DNA of 64,000 nucleotides from a virus, in IMG/VR virus record IMGVR_UViG_3300010397_000002, positions 1-64,000 of that record; one strand, given 5' to 3'. Below the pieces are notes generated by a model. The model ran no database searches and was not told the origin of the DNA. It saw nothing but the letters and a program-made list of their open reading frames with translations. The position numbers and the translations under genes were made by a program. Below are positions 1 through 10,541 of the stretch, in pieces (positions within the stretch are counted from its first letter, which is position 1; every line of letters begins with the position of its first letter).

Positions 1-1433
1 ACGGCCCAATCTGGCGGCTTTACTGCGGCATCTATTTTAAAATTAAAAGCAAGAATTCTTTGGATAGCAACATCTGTAGCTGTGAACTGAAATACATCTG
101 TTGTAACACCTAAGCTTCTCCATCCTTTTGCCTCAAAATACTGAATACAAACTTTATACTTAGCTCTGGATTTAAATGTGAATTGACTAAGTGAATTCTT
201 CCTTAACAAATCATCTCTTTGAGGCGCAGTTAATGAAGCAAAATCGCCTGGTATGTCACTTCTCCAATCATTAGTAGGATCGGTAACAACAGCAATATCT
301 GTGATATTAAGGTCGGTAGGTATAACCTGTTCATTCAAACAGTCTCCATACACAAATCTATTGTCAATAGCCTCAACCGTTCCAGCTTTAAATGGCACGG
401 TGTCAAAAGGCTGATCAAAATCTTCTTGCGGAATAATCGTATTGTCTGCATCCCCATTATAATATTGCAACCTGGTAAATGAAGCAACTGGTATAGTCTT
501 CCATATTTTCCATAAATCAAGTTCTCCTTCTCGGTAAGCCAGCACAATACTATCTACGGCCATTGCAAATTTAACATTTGAATGGTCAAAATAATTGTAA
601 GACACATTAGCCCCTGGAACATCAAGAATCATCCCCGGAATATCTACCTCAATTGAGGTTATGAATCCTGGCGTATAAACACCAGCAATATTTCTTACAC
701 CTCCCCTTGCTGTAACAGCGGCTTTACTAATCGGGCTAAATCTAGATTTTAATTTACCTTTATAAATATATTGATAAGCAAATTGATAAGCTTTGTTCTT
801 TAGAATTTCAAAATTGTTATGTGTACCATCATCATAAACACGTGGTATTGGGGGCATGATCGGAGACCACTTATGGTGTGATAAATGGAACTCTCTAAAA
901 TTAGAAGCACCATACGTCACAAACATAGCAGCTATTGAATTGACATCAATAAGCCTTGGGTTATTATTCCTGTCGGTGAAGGCCATCCAATTATCAAGCT
1001 TTGCAGCTTTAACAAAATAGGTTGATTCCCAGCCCAAGTCTAACCTTAGTAATTCATAAATGGTATTTGTCGCTACATCCCATTTAGTGATCGTATCGTT
1101 ATTGTTTGAATTCCAATTGAACATGTAAATGCACTGGAATTCATAATCTTCATATCTGCCGATTGTCTTATTTGTTCCCGCAGGAGGAGATCCAGATGTA
1201 ATGCCATCAGGAAGAATGTATGCTGTTATTTGAGTGGTACCTTTTAAATTCTCAAGATCACCAAAATTATCGCCACGGCTAGAACCAATCCTAGCATTCA
1301 AAGCATAACGATAATCTCCTAATTCAAAAGGGGATTTAATACCTGCGGGAGTCGGTAAAGGAGTAACAATGCTGTCGTCTTGATTGAGACTGCCGAACGG
1401 GACAAATACAGATTGTTTATTATTAGTAGCCAT
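1..1433 (-). CDS. Tail stabilisation/muzzle-like virion protein, 5' part (runs off window start; not in ORF track)
   Basis: ATG at 1433 reads MATNNKQSVFVPFGSLNQDD...GDYRYALNARIGSSRGDNFGDLENLKG, resembling N-termini of crAss-like tail stabilisation proteins; follows the ring-protein genes. Confidence 0.65.
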   Translation of the reverse strand, partial: MATNNKQSVFVPFGSLNQDDSIVTPLPTPAGIKSPFELGDYRYALNARIGSSRGDNFGDLENLKGTTQITAYILPDGITSGSPPAGTNKTIGRYEDYEFQCIYMFNWNSNNNDTITKWDVATNTIYELLRLDLGWESTYFVKAAKLDNWMAFTDRNNNPRLIDVNSIAAMFVTYGASNFREFHLSHHKWSPIMPPIPRVYDDGTHNNFEILKNKAYQFAYQYIYKGKLKSRFSPISKAAVTARGGVRNIAGVYTPGFITSIEVDIPGMILDVPGANVSYNYFDHSNVKFAMAVDSIVLAYREGELDLWKIWKTIPVASFTRLQYYNGDADNTIIPQEDFDQPFDTVPFKAGTVEAIDNRFVYGDCLNEQVIPTDLNITDIAVVTDPTNDWRSDIPGDFASLTAPQRDDLLRKNSLSQFTFKSRAKYKVCIQYFEAKGWRSLGVTTDVFQFTATDVAIQRILAFNFKIDAAVKPPDWA

Positions 1434-1652
1434 TTATTCTTTTTCATCCACTTCTTCTTCAAGAGGATTTGTTTCGCGATAAGTCTTCTCACAGCAATAT
1501 TTACCAGATTTGTCATAGTATGATTTCTCTAAAATAAAACCATTACTGATCGGCTCAACCGTATATCTTGGCTTTTGAGACATATCTCCGCCTTCAGGTT
1601 TATTGCTTTTAACCTGAGATTTGGCTGAAGACTTGTTAGATTTTATTTTCAT
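1434..1652 (-). CDS. Small hypothetical protein
   Basis: 72-aa ORF filling the gap between tail genes, abutting the next ATG. Confidence 0.5.
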   Translation of the reverse strand: MKIKSNKSSAKSQVKSNKPEGGDMSQKPRYTVEPISNGFILEKSYYDKSGKYCCEKTYRETNPLEEEVDEKE

Positions 1653-1658
1653 AAACTT

Positions 1659-2429
1659 TTAAAGTTTTGTTGTCATTCTTGCTTGTGATCTGCTCAATGA
1701 AATTAATGTCTTTGGATCTAGATCGTTGTATCTAGCGCGCAACTTTCTTCCTTCGTCAAACAAATCTTTCCCGGCTTCATCCTTTGTGTAATTCGTTGCT
1801 TTTGGATTATTCTTTCTTTCGTAACGATATTCCATATAAGCAAAAATATAATCCTGTTCATAAGGATGGATGATAGTTTCGCCACAAGGATCAATGCCAT
1901 CTGAAATATATTCTAAGTAAACTTGAGGATATGGATAGTCGTAGTCTAAGAATAATTCCTTGCAATTTCCGTTATCAATAACCTTAAAAAATCCTTTACT
2001 TGGCAGTCCACCACCGAATGACATGAAGTTTGATCCATTGAAATTATTGAAGTAATAACCTCCGTACTGATTAAAATCAGTTCCGTTCGGCATATGTTGG
2101 CTAAGAAGTCCTGCGATTGTATTATCTCCAACATGACGTTCAGCGGAAGATAGATCATCGTTCAGCGCGAGGGTAATTACGTACTGACCTCTTTTAATTC
2201 CGATCTTCAGCCAATCAACGAAATCAGCAGGTAGCACTACTGTTTTCCGTTCTGTTACCGTTAATAGTTTTGTGCATGGTTGCTGGAAGATGTCGAAACG
2301 AATTTCTTTAACAGCTTTAATAGCCCACTTCAATGACTTCTGATAGAATGATGAATGTAACTCGTTTTCATCAAGAAAATCGTCGCAAATTGCGGACAGA
2401 GAATAGTAGCGTGATTTATCTAAACTCAT
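1659..2429 (-). CDS. Putative tail ring/tubular protein
   Basis: 256 aa, VVLPADFVDWLKIG and YLEYISDG motifs typical of crAss-like ring proteins; ATGA overlap with upstream gene. Confidence 0.6.
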   Translation of the reverse strand: MSLDKSRYYSLSAICDDFLDENELHSSFYQKSLKWAIKAVKEIRFDIFQQPCTKLLTVTERKTVVLPADFVDWLKIGIKRGQYVITLALNDDLSSAERHVGDNTIAGLLSQHMPNGTDFNQYGGYYFNNFNGSNFMSFGGGLPSKGFFKVIDNGNCKELFLDYDYPYPQVYLEYISDGIDPCGETIIHPYEQDYIFAYMEYRYERKNNPKATNYTKDEAGKDLFDEGRKLRARYNDLDPKTLISLSRSQARMTTKL

Positions 2430-3076
2430 GCGGCCACATCTTTAGCATCCCTAACCTGATCAGTTTGACCAGTTCGTTTCATTACAAAGTATTTTATCGC
2501 AAGAGCGATCACTTCTCCTTCTTTGTTTGCCGGCACTGGATATGCAGCCGTATCAGTTATATCAGCAGCACTTCTTATAACAAGCCTCAACCCAACATTT
2601 CCGTATTTCTTTTTAACACCACATGAGGTAAAGTAAAATCTTGTTCCTTGTGGATACCCACCAAGTCTACCTTGTAATCCACCGGCCTGTTGACTTTTAA
2701 ATCTTCTGTACTCCTGATGAGTCATAATTATCACAGAATGATCATCGCTATTTTGTCTAAATTTAAGCGGCCAAATTTCATCTATACCTCTATTCTTTGG
2801 TAACTCAACATAATTAGAAGGAAAATCAAAATAACTTGGTAGTTCATTATCTTGATCTGTAACAACTACCTCTGGCCAAGTTGTAACAAAATGTTCAGCT
2901 ACATGCTGCCCAGTAAATTTCCAATTATCAAAATAATCAGCCTCAGCCATCCTATTCACAATATCATCCACAACAGGAAAAACTTCCCGTTCCTGAATCT
3001 TAAAGTCAAGGTTCGGGTAATCATCTTGAAGTCCAAGAATCACTCGTTGCGCATAATATAGTTTCGTTTTTATCAT
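2426..3076 (-). CDS. Putative tail ring/structural protein
   Basis: 216 aa, coupled between two ring-like genes in the virion operon. Confidence 0.55.
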   Translation of the reverse strand: MIKTKLYYAQRVILGLQDDYPNLDFKIQEREVFPVVDDIVNRMAEADYFDNWKFTGQHVAEHFVTTWPEVVVTDQDNELPSYFDFPSNYVELPKNRGIDEIWPLKFRQNSDDHSVIIMTHQEYRRFKSQQAGGLQGRLGGYPQGTRFYFTSCGVKKKYGNVGLRLVIRSAADITDTAAYPVPANKEGEVIALAIKYFVMKRTGQTDQVRDAKDVAA

Positions 3077-3717
3077 GTGCCCTGAGCTTGTTTGGTTTGT
3101 GAGTACTGCAATATCATCTCCTTATTAAGGTTGATGCCTACCTTCTCAAGTATCATTGCGGTAATATCCATCATACTGATTAATCCTAGTGTGAAATCTG
3201 TCGATGTTGCTGCATTATACACAGGCACATCATTCACTACGTTGTATCCCCAAATTGGGTCATTCGGATATTTGATATACTGAAGCTTGAACGATCCAAT
3301 TGAATAAGGATCAATGAAGCCATATGGATTATTAAAAATGATGTATGGATACGCTTCCGTTGGCGGCAGAATAACATTCTTTTTAATGAATGGATATTCA
3401 TCGCTTTGTATCTCAACAATAGAAGAAAAATCATTCTTCTGCCAGGAGTCAGGCCACATAAATCCTGATGGGTAAACAAAGTCACCATTCGCGTTTATTG
3501 GGATGGTAATTGGCCCATAAAGAAATGGTCTCAAATCAACATCGGTTCTCCTGTTTGATTTATAAGCTGGTGATGGCTGGCGAAGATTACCAAGTCTTGT
3601 TGTAACAAATTCTAATTGACAGTTTTTAGCCAATAAATTAAATTGGGCAGGAGGTAAATATCCCCTGCCGTTTTTATCTGAAATGTAATTTACAAGTTGG
3701 TAAACCTCGTCTATCAT
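3073..3717 (-). CDS. Putative tail tubular/gatekeeper (ring) protein
   Basis: N-terminus MIDEVYQLVNYISDKNGRGYLPPAQFNLLA and YIKYPNDPIWGY resemble crAss-like tail tubular proteins. Confidence 0.65.
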   Translation of the reverse strand: MIDEVYQLVNYISDKNGRGYLPPAQFNLLAKNCQLEFVTTRLGNLRQPSPAYKSNRRTDVDLRPFLYGPITIPINANGDFVYPSGFMWPDSWQKNDFSSIVEIQSDEYPFIKKNVILPPTEAYPYIIFNNPYGFIDPYSIGSFKLQYIKYPNDPIWGYNVVNDVPVYNAATSTDFTLGLISMMDITAMILEKVGINLNKEMILQYSQTKQAQGT

Positions 3718-3720
3718 TTT

Positions 3721-4170
3721 TTAGTCAGGTTTAATAGCTTGAGGATCAAGTTTTGACTCTGATAATGCTGGATCATTCTTTTCATCAAGAACAATTCCAT
3801 TAAAGTATTGGTACCACATTGCCTCTAAGAATGGCGGCAATTCAGTAGCGAAGTGAGTCTCGATCTCAATTTCTTTTCTGCCTAGTTCACGTAAACTCTT
3901 TTGCAACTCTTTTGCTTTAGCAGGATCAATTACGTATGATCGCTTATCTTCACCAAGAGCAAAAGTTTTTGTCTTTTCATCAATCAGTGCACAATCTACC
4001 CGCACTTCATTTTCTGCATCTGCGTAATCCTCAAATAATGCTGTCGTTTTCTTTAAAGTTTTTTCTAACGCATAATGCAATTTTGTTCTGTCTGGATTTC
4101 GGTTGATGTAGTTTTGAGCTGCATTTCTGAAATCAAGAAGTTCAGTGTTTGTAATTTTTTTGGTTGCCAT
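3721..4170 (-). CDS. Hypothetical protein (possible fibre chaperone)
   Basis: 149-aa helical ORF directly downstream of the spike gene. Confidence 0.5.
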   Translation of the reverse strand: MATKKITNTELLDFRNAAQNYINRNPDRTKLHYALEKTLKKTTALFEDYADAENEVRVDCALIDEKTKTFALGEDKRSYVIDPAKAKELQKSLRELGRKEIEIETHFATELPPFLEAMWYQYFNGIVLDEKNDPALSESKLDPQAIKPD

Positions 4171-4200
4171 AATTATTTGTTTTAATTTATTTTATTTTGA

Positions 4201-6948
4201 TTAAGGTGTAGGCTGAACGATAAACCAGTTAAATGTACTTGTGTCAGCCGCGTTCGTGCTTGTTACAGTAAAAGAGGTTCCTGAACTTATTGTGTAAGAA
4301 AGAAATCCCTGAGTTCCTCCAGGTGTTGATACAGTTACAAATATTCTAGACCCAGTTATAGCTTTAGTGGTATTTACCGTCAATGTTCCAGCTACCAATG
4401 TTCCAACTCCTAACGTAGCATTAGTGCCCTCTTTAACAAAGAGGCCATTGCCAGCAGTTACCATTGCTATGCTACCATCTGTACCTATTGCGTAGTTATT
4501 AGTTAATGCGCCATTAGTCCCTGCGGCAGCGTCCTCTACATAAAGTCCATAAGGATTAGTAACAGTACGAGTACCTGATGTACCAGCATAAGTAACCCTC
4601 TTTATCCAAAAATTCCTTTGTGTTGCAGTTGTTCCGCTAGCTGCTGTTTGGATTGCTCCATCAAATCTAAAGTTTGGAAACTCTGTGGCGGTTGTCATGC
4701 CAGTACTTGCCCCAGGAGTTGCTATTAAAGTAGGTATCCAAGACACAGTTAAAACTGGTTGAGTAAGGTTAAGTAATGCAGTAGGTGAAGTCGCTAATGT
4801 GCCTGATCCCCCAATTATAGTATTCACCCCTAAGTTAAACCTAGTTCCAGCAGTCTGCCAAATATTAACCAATGATCCAGCATTCAAAACGTATCTATAA
4901 TTTAAGCTGCTATTCGTGGCGCCATTGGTTGTAGTTATATCTAATAACATTCTTCTTTCACTTGAACCTGTGCCAAGGGATGAATTTAAAACCTGGAAAG
5001 AGCCAACCGCATTAGCTGTACCTGTTTGATTAGTTATCAAACTAAGCCCGGCTTGTTTAGTATCATTAGATGTGGTCAATCCAGTGCTAATCTGGAAATC
5101 AGCATTAACATTATTCGCTGCACTAAATCCAGCGGCATTAACATAACCACCAGCTGTATTTGAATTATTAGCTATATATCTATCTGATGGAAGTAAATAA
5201 AGATTTGCTCCACCTGTATATGTAGATGCCAATGTACTAAGAGCGGTATTTGTAAATCTAAGTACACCAGTTGCAAGATTACTGGCGTCTGTAAAAAGAG
5301 TATTTGAGTCAAACCATTTTCCCCTTGCGTCATTTTCTACATGCATTGTAATATTAACAGGGACATTTTTAAGAGAACTACCATCAAAAATTATTTGAGT
5401 ATGTCCCGCATGTGATAGTATTTCCCCATCAGTTGAAAATGAAGATCCCCAAATTACATAATTATTATAGTTCCCAATCGCATAAGGTAAGTCAAGTCTT
5501 GTATGTTCGCCAATATTCCACCCATATTCAAATCCTGAAGCACATCCTCTACTTACAATGTTTGGACCATCATTTAATATCGTTGACACGTAAAAACCAT
5601 ATGTATTAGATCCTAAAGCAGTTGTCGAATTATCAAGCGGAACATCTATGTATGCAGTACAGTTATATATTGATATTGTTGCAAAGTTCTTACCAGAAAA
5701 CCCACTTATGTAGGGTGCGTGAGCGCCATTGTTAGTATAACAACGAATACCAAAATCTTGTAATACAATCTCATTAAACCCAAAAGCCTGATAACTTCCT
5801 GTAGGTCCTATCCCTCCAAAAACTCCAGATATTGCTCCTGATGTTGCGATCCTTGTTGAATAAAATAATGTTCCAGACCACGATATTTTAGTGTATCCAG
5901 GCAAAACTGATCCTTCGCCCTTTAAATTAATAGCAATTCTGTTCGAATTTGCATCAGATGTTTGAGGAAAATATATCTGACAATTAGGATTTGCACCTCC
6001 TACGCTAGATTGTAATGCCCCATCTATAATATAGATCCCCAATGGGGCAAATACCGTTCCTCCATTATTTGCAGAACATGCATTCAAAGCCGCTTGTATT
6101 GCCGCTGTATCGTCAGTGCCCCAAACTATATTTGAAGTTGTTACAGAAGTAGAAGCATTTGCAGCCAATGTTACTTGTGTTGGAGATGTATATGTTAAGA
6201 TAGTGGTTTTCAATGGTGCACCTGCTGCACCTGCACCAGACACAAGAATGATTTTGCCAACATCAGTGGACGCAAAAACGGCTCCGGCAGCACTAGTTAA
6301 AATTGCCGTTCCGCTTGTTATCGTGCCATCATTAACAGTGCTTACCTTACCATCATGGACAGCACCAAAATATTCTACATTAAAAATTTTTTCAACGCTT
6401 CTCTCTAAAGCTTCGTCAGATTCAGTCACATACCATACCGAATTGCTTGCTTTATATTGAAAATTTAATGTTCTCCCAAGCCTAGTGAGAGTAGTTGAAG
6501 TAGGCCCTGTTGTTCTATTGATATGATCACTACCACCCAGTGCTACAGTTATTGTGAAAGATGTAGCATTTGAAGGCTTAACTAACTTAACACCTACTCT
6601 AGTCCCATCAGCAGGAGCAGTTGGAATTGTTACTGTGAATGCTGAAATTGTCCCATCACATAAAACCAGATCGCCTGCAACTGCTATATAATTTGCTGTC
6701 TTTTCAGTAGTAGGTGTCAGTTTAGTTCCAGATGATGACCATGTTAATCCACCAGATCCATCATTAGTTAATACTCCAGAACTATTAGTTGGCCATCCAA
6801 CAATTCCGGTTACTGGTGGCAATCCAGTGGCATTTGTTAAAACTAATCCAGTTCCATTTAGAGCATTATATAATTCTGTAAAATTTCCATTTATCTTGCC
6901 CCTTGCCGAAGCTCCAGAATCTCCATTATTAACAATTTGCTGTGCCAT
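4201..6948 (-). CDS. Tail spike/fibre with pectate-lyase-like beta-helix
   Basis: 915 aa, G/T/S/N-rich; FNVEYFGAVHDG...GTDDTAAIQAALNA...GGTVFAPLGIYII beta-helix cap motif, interrupted by a ~75-aa insert. Confidence 0.75.
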   Translation of the reverse strand: MAQQIVNNGDSGASARGKINGNFTELYNALNGTGLVLTNATGLPPVTGIVGWPTNSSGVLTNDGSGGLTWSSSGTKLTPTTEKTANYIAVAGDLVLCDGTISAFTVTIPTAPADGTRVGVKLVKPSNATSFTITVALGGSDHINRTTGPTSTTLTRLGRTLNFQYKASNSVWYVTESDEALERSVEKIFNVEYFGAVHDGKVSTVNDGTITSGTAILTSAAGAVFASTDVGKIILVSGAGAAGAPLKTTILTYTSPTQVTLAANASTSVTTSNIVWGTDDTAAIQAALNACSANNGGTVFAPLGIYIIDGALQSSVGGANPNCQIYFPQTSDANSNRIAINLKGEGSVLPGYTKISWSGTLFYSTRIATSGAISGVFGGIGPTGSYQAFGFNEIVLQDFGIRCYTNNGAHAPYISGFSGKNFATISIYNCTAYIDVPLDNSTTALGSNTYGFYVSTILNDGPNIVSRGCASGFEYGWNIGEHTRLDLPYAIGNYNNYVIWGSSFSTDGEILSHAGHTQIIFDGSSLKNVPVNITMHVENDARGKWFDSNTLFTDASNLATGVLRFTNTALSTLASTYTGGANLYLLPSDRYIANNSNTAGGYVNAAGFSAANNVNADFQISTGLTTSNDTKQAGLSLITNQTGTANAVGSFQVLNSSLGTGSSERRMLLDITTTNGATNSSLNYRYVLNAGSLVNIWQTAGTRFNLGVNTIIGGSGTLATSPTALLNLTQPVLTVSWIPTLIATPGASTGMTTATEFPNFRFDGAIQTAASGTTATQRNFWIKRVTYAGTSGTRTVTNPYGLYVEDAAAGTNGALTNNYAIGTDGSIAMVTAGNGLFVKEGTNATLGVGTLVAGTLTVNTTKAITGSRIFVTVSTPGGTQGFLSYTISSGTSFTVTSTNAADTSTFNWFIVQPTP

Positions 6949-6966
6949 TATATCTTCAGTTAAAGA

Positions 6967-7107
6967 TTAGTCAATCCAAAAATCTTCATCATGCCAACTG
7001 CCAGAATCGTCCCAAAATCCAGTCCTTAATATCCAGTCATCTCCTGGAGTTGAGCCTGATCCAGCACCACTCTCTAAAATTACAATTGTAATAACTGGTG
7101 AAAACAT
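6967..7107 (-). CDS. 46-aa Trp/Asp-rich virion-associated peptide (not in ORF track)
   Basis: Reads MFSPVITIVILESGAGSGSTPGDDWILRTGFWDDSGSWHDEDFWID*, immediately upstream of the spike gene. Confidence 0.6.
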   Translation of the reverse strand: MFSPVITIVILESGAGSGSTPGDDWILRTGFWDDSGSWHDEDFWID

Positions 7108-7171
7108 CTGATTATGGCTTATAAATCATGAAATTAAGAAGAATCCATAATTATTTCTAACCTTATTTTGG

Positions 7172-7393
7172 ATGTTACGTATATGTCTGTATATTCGTAA
7201 TACTATGCGCATAATCAGAGTTTTATTAAAGAATGGGACAGAGAAATTTTACTCTTCACTAGATGTGGCCTTGTCATGGTTGCCTGGACACAAGAGAGCA
7301 ACTGTCGACTACCATCTTCAAAGGAAAAAAAAACCTTATAAAACTGATGAACTGACTTTGACAAGAATAAACGTAACCAATAAAAAAAAATGA
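7172..7393 (+). CDS. Small basic protein, possible DNA-binding
   Basis: Opposite strand to the structural operon; likely start is the second Met (MRIIRVLL); TATATTCG -7-like box just upstream of that Met. Confidence 0.5.
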   Translation: MLRICLYIRNTMRIIRVLLKNGTEKFYSSLDVALSWLPGHKRATVDYHLQRKKKPYKTDELTLTRINVTNKKK

Positions 7394-7875
7394 AAACTAC
7401 AATTCTCTCTATTTTGATTTTAGTAATGATGAGTTCGTGTGCTGATTTTGTGGATGATGATTATACGATAATTCCAAAATGGACTCGCCCACATATTCAT
7501 GAATTCTTCAGAATAGCAAAAAGTAAAAACTTAAATATTGATTCTGTTGGATTAAAGATTTTTTATAAAAAATTTAGTGGCACTATACTTGCAAACTCAA
7601 CACCTGATGATAAGATTATTAGAATAGACACAACTACATTAAGTTGGAAACTTTATCGAGAAGCTTTAATATTCCATGAGTTAGGTCATGTTTATCTTCA
7701 TCGCGGGCATAGAGATGACTTTTTTGTTAGCGGAAGGCCAAAATCCATAATGAATTCAATTCAATTACCAATATATACAGACAGCACTTCTCTATCAACA
7801 AATCCTGATTATAGAAAATATTATATCAATGAATTATTTAATGAGAATGAACCGACTCCATATTGGGATAAATGA
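7390..7875 (+). CDS. Lipoprotein with zincin metallopeptidase motif
   Basis: Lipoprotein signal MKTTILSILILVMMSSC; HELGHVYLHRGH zinc motif and SIM Met-turn. Confidence 0.75.
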   Translation: MKTTILSILILVMMSSCADFVDDDYTIIPKWTRPHIHEFFRIAKSKNLNIDSVGLKIFYKKFSGTILANSTPDDKIIRIDTTTLSWKLYREALIFHELGHVYLHRGHRDDFFVSGRPKSIMNSIQLPIYTDSTSLSTNPDYRKYYINELFNENEPTPYWDK

Positions 7876-7880
7876 TGTAT

Positions 7881-9860
7881 TTAAATTCTTACTGTAACAT
7901 TAAGGCATATATTAATACCTGATCCAGATATAAAAGTAAATGTTCCATAAGGAGTAAAAACAAGTCTTGTGTTGGCATTATCAACAGATACTATGCATGG
8001 TATATTTTGCCCAGTAGGAACGTTAACTGCGGCTCCGATCATTATTCCGTCAGTTCCATACTCGTTGTTTAGATATGTGCTCAATGTAGGTGGTATAGTA
8101 ATTTTAACTACTCCTGGTGTTGCGGCAAAAGCTATACCGATAACTTGTATCGCAACTATAACTTCCCTGTTTGATACTCTATACCTAACAAAATTTGCTC
8201 CAGTTATGGCTGTGGAGGCTGTACCAGCTTGATTTACAACATCACTAGTAAGGACATTATTTGAGGTATAAGCAGAATCAACTGCATTTAATAAAGTTTG
8301 AATGGCGCTTGATAACTTAGCCAGAGTCGTGCCTCCATCTTTAAGTCGCAAGGAATCTGAAGATATTTCTATAGTAGACCCATCAACATTAACATCAAAT
8401 GTTCTATTCGCGCTTAAATCACCACCGCCAGAAAGTGCATTGCCAGCCGATAATGAAATTGTCTTGTCGGCTTTACCTGATATATCTGTAGATAATGAAG
8501 CTGCTGTCCTATATTTTATTTGACCAGTGGAAGAGTCTCTAACTAAAACCTGTGTTAACGCATTGTCATTCGCTGGTGTAGTTAAAATATTGAAATTAGG
8601 TACATAAATCTGACTTGGATCAGCGGCCCTAGCTGATAGCCCATCACCACCAAGTATACCACTAAACGGAGAGTCTGATGGGATATGTTGATTTCTTCCT
8701 CCTAATATGAATGAATAATTCGCCAGAGCCCCATGACCTACTGTTTGAGAGTTATTATTTGAACTAAAATTAAATGAATGAATTCCAGCGGCAAGTACTC
8801 TTTGAGTAGGGGCTGGCGTTATTGCATGGCCAGCATCATCTTGATGTCCATATGCCCACGAAGCATATCCAGATGCCTCTGTCCACTCACCTCCAACTGT
8901 TGCTGACCTAGATGATGTTAATATATTATGGTTGCCACCAAGCATGGTGCCCTGTGTAGCATCTGTCGAAACATTATCATATCCACCAAGAATGACAGTC
9001 TCAAATATACCGGAGAATGGGTTTGAATCTGTAAGTAATATCCTGTTTTGAAATCCTGAAAGAATAGCATTATCACCGATACCATTACTATTAGATCCGC
9101 TTTTTGTCATATGGTTATCTTCACCAAATACAAAATTCCATGCGCCTTGATCAATACTACAATTCAATCCTAAGACAAAATTATAACTCAATTGATTGTT
9201 TGTATTACCAGTACCTATTGTTAACCGATTATTTACGTTGTCCCATAAAAAATTTGTGGTGTACGCAGGAAGTCCTGATTGTACTTGTAAGAAAGTGTTA
9301 TTTGATCCAATTGCTCTCCTACTTAATACATTTGTAGCAGACCCATAAAGTATGTCGCCTGTAGATATAGCATTTAGCCCAGTGCCTCCTGATGTAACTG
9401 ACAAAGGAGTAGTTAAACTTAAGGCCCCTGATATAGTAACATTTCCTCCAACCGAAATATTTTGAACGACAGATAGTGAGCCTGTCATTGAAATGTTATT
9501 GATCCCAGAGATATTATTATTTATAATAATTATACTTCCTGAATTTTGATAGGTAGAAACAAATGTCTGTATCGGATTAGGTATAACTGGAAATGAAGTG
9601 AGTTGGGCTGATCTCTTTAACTGTAAAAGAAGACGATTTAATGCCGCATCATTTTGCCCTATAGTATGGTCAATTGCTGTACCACCTGTATTTAAAACAA
9701 TAAATTTCATCAACAGGTTAAACAGTTGTCTAACACGAACCAATTGTCTTATTGTTTTTGGCTGCTTAGGAGTTCCTTCCTGATCAATGATGTCACTCCC
9801 TAAAGAGGCGATCTTTAAATTTGATTCTGATAAAATACTAAATGCATCAGGTATTAGCAT
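7881..9860 (-). CDS. Tail fibre-like virion protein
   Basis: 659 aa, G/S/N-rich repeats (ILGGYDN, MLGGNHN, ILGGRNQ; PLSVTSGGTG; SAGNALSGGGDLS). Confidence 0.7.
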   Translation of the reverse strand: MLIPDAFSILSESNLKIASLGSDIIDQEGTPKQPKTIRQLVRVRQLFNLLMKFIVLNTGGTAIDHTIGQNDAALNRLLLQLKRSAQLTSFPVIPNPIQTFVSTYQNSGSIIIINNNISGINNISMTGSLSVVQNISVGGNVTISGALSLTTPLSVTSGGTGLNAISTGDILYGSATNVLSRRAIGSNNTFLQVQSGLPAYTTNFLWDNVNNRLTIGTGNTNNQLSYNFVLGLNCSIDQGAWNFVFGEDNHMTKSGSNSNGIGDNAILSGFQNRILLTDSNPFSGIFETVILGGYDNVSTDATQGTMLGGNHNILTSSRSATVGGEWTEASGYASWAYGHQDDAGHAITPAPTQRVLAAGIHSFNFSSNNNSQTVGHGALANYSFILGGRNQHIPSDSPFSGILGGDGLSARAADPSQIYVPNFNILTTPANDNALTQVLVRDSSTGQIKYRTAASLSTDISGKADKTISLSAGNALSGGGDLSANRTFDVNVDGSTIEISSDSLRLKDGGTTLAKLSSAIQTLLNAVDSAYTSNNVLTSDVVNQAGTASTAITGANFVRYRVSNREVIVAIQVIGIAFAATPGVVKITIPPTLSTYLNNEYGTDGIMIGAAVNVPTGQNIPCIVSVDNANTRLVFTPYGTFTFISGSGINICLNVTVRI

Positions 9861-10504
9861 TGTGTACAGGTATCTTCAAGTTCTCTGATTATTTTCTCCA
9901 TGATCTCCGGATTGCCATTGGCAAAATTAGTATCCGCAGATTGCTTCTTTGCATAAAGCATATCAATATAAGTATCATCCTTATTCGCGCATCCACAGTT
10001 AGCATCATCCTTATCGCGAATGCATACATTAGTTCTGTACTCACTGTAAAAATTCTGGTAGTATGTCTCAATGCTTGCGTTACCAATGATGGTAGTCAAG
10101 TCAGTTACCTCAGTGAAATATATTGGATTGGTTGGTAGTTGTCCGGTAGATGATCCGATAGCAATATAATACTTACCGTTCGTGGTATAGTAAAAAACAT
10201 TTCCAGCAACATAAGCGGTAAGCGCACTGTAAAATTGTATGCGTAATCTGATTAATTCAAACCATCCATCTACCAGTGTTGATACTGAGTAAGAAAGATT
10301 AGTTAAAACATCACCTTGCTCAGGATTGGTAAACGTTCTTACAGCATTCACATCAGTCTTGGACCAAAGCACATATTCTGCAGCTTGATTTCGATCTTGA
10401 TTTGGACTTCCATAAACTGTTGTGTTTGTGGCAATGGCTGTGAGCCCGCCATCTTGCTGAGTAATTGGAAATATCGGAACTAAAGCCATAAAAAAAGGAG
10501 TCAA
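9854..10504 (-). CDS. Virion structural protein
   Basis: In the head-tail operon; probable start at MALVPIF; short carbohydrate-binding-like YVAGNVFYY segment. Confidence 0.55.
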   Translation of the reverse strand: MTPFFMALVPIFPITQQDGGLTAIATNTTVYGSPNQDRNQAAEYVLWSKTDVNAVRTFTNPEQGDVLTNLSYSVSTLVDGWFELIRLRIQFYSALTAYVAGNVFYYTTNGKYYIAIGSSTGQLPTNPIYFTEVTDLTTIIGNASIETYYQNFYSEYRTNVCIRDKDDANCGCANKDDTYIDMLYAKKQSADTNFANGNPEIMEKIIRELEDTCTQC

Positions 10505-10541
10505 TTACGACCCCTAAGTTACAAACTTTCTTAATAGTTTA

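Noticed and set aside
4201-9860. Diversity-generating retroelement or invertible fibre cassette
   Set aside because: No reverse transcriptase, TR/VR pair or inverted recombination sites seen around the fibre genes
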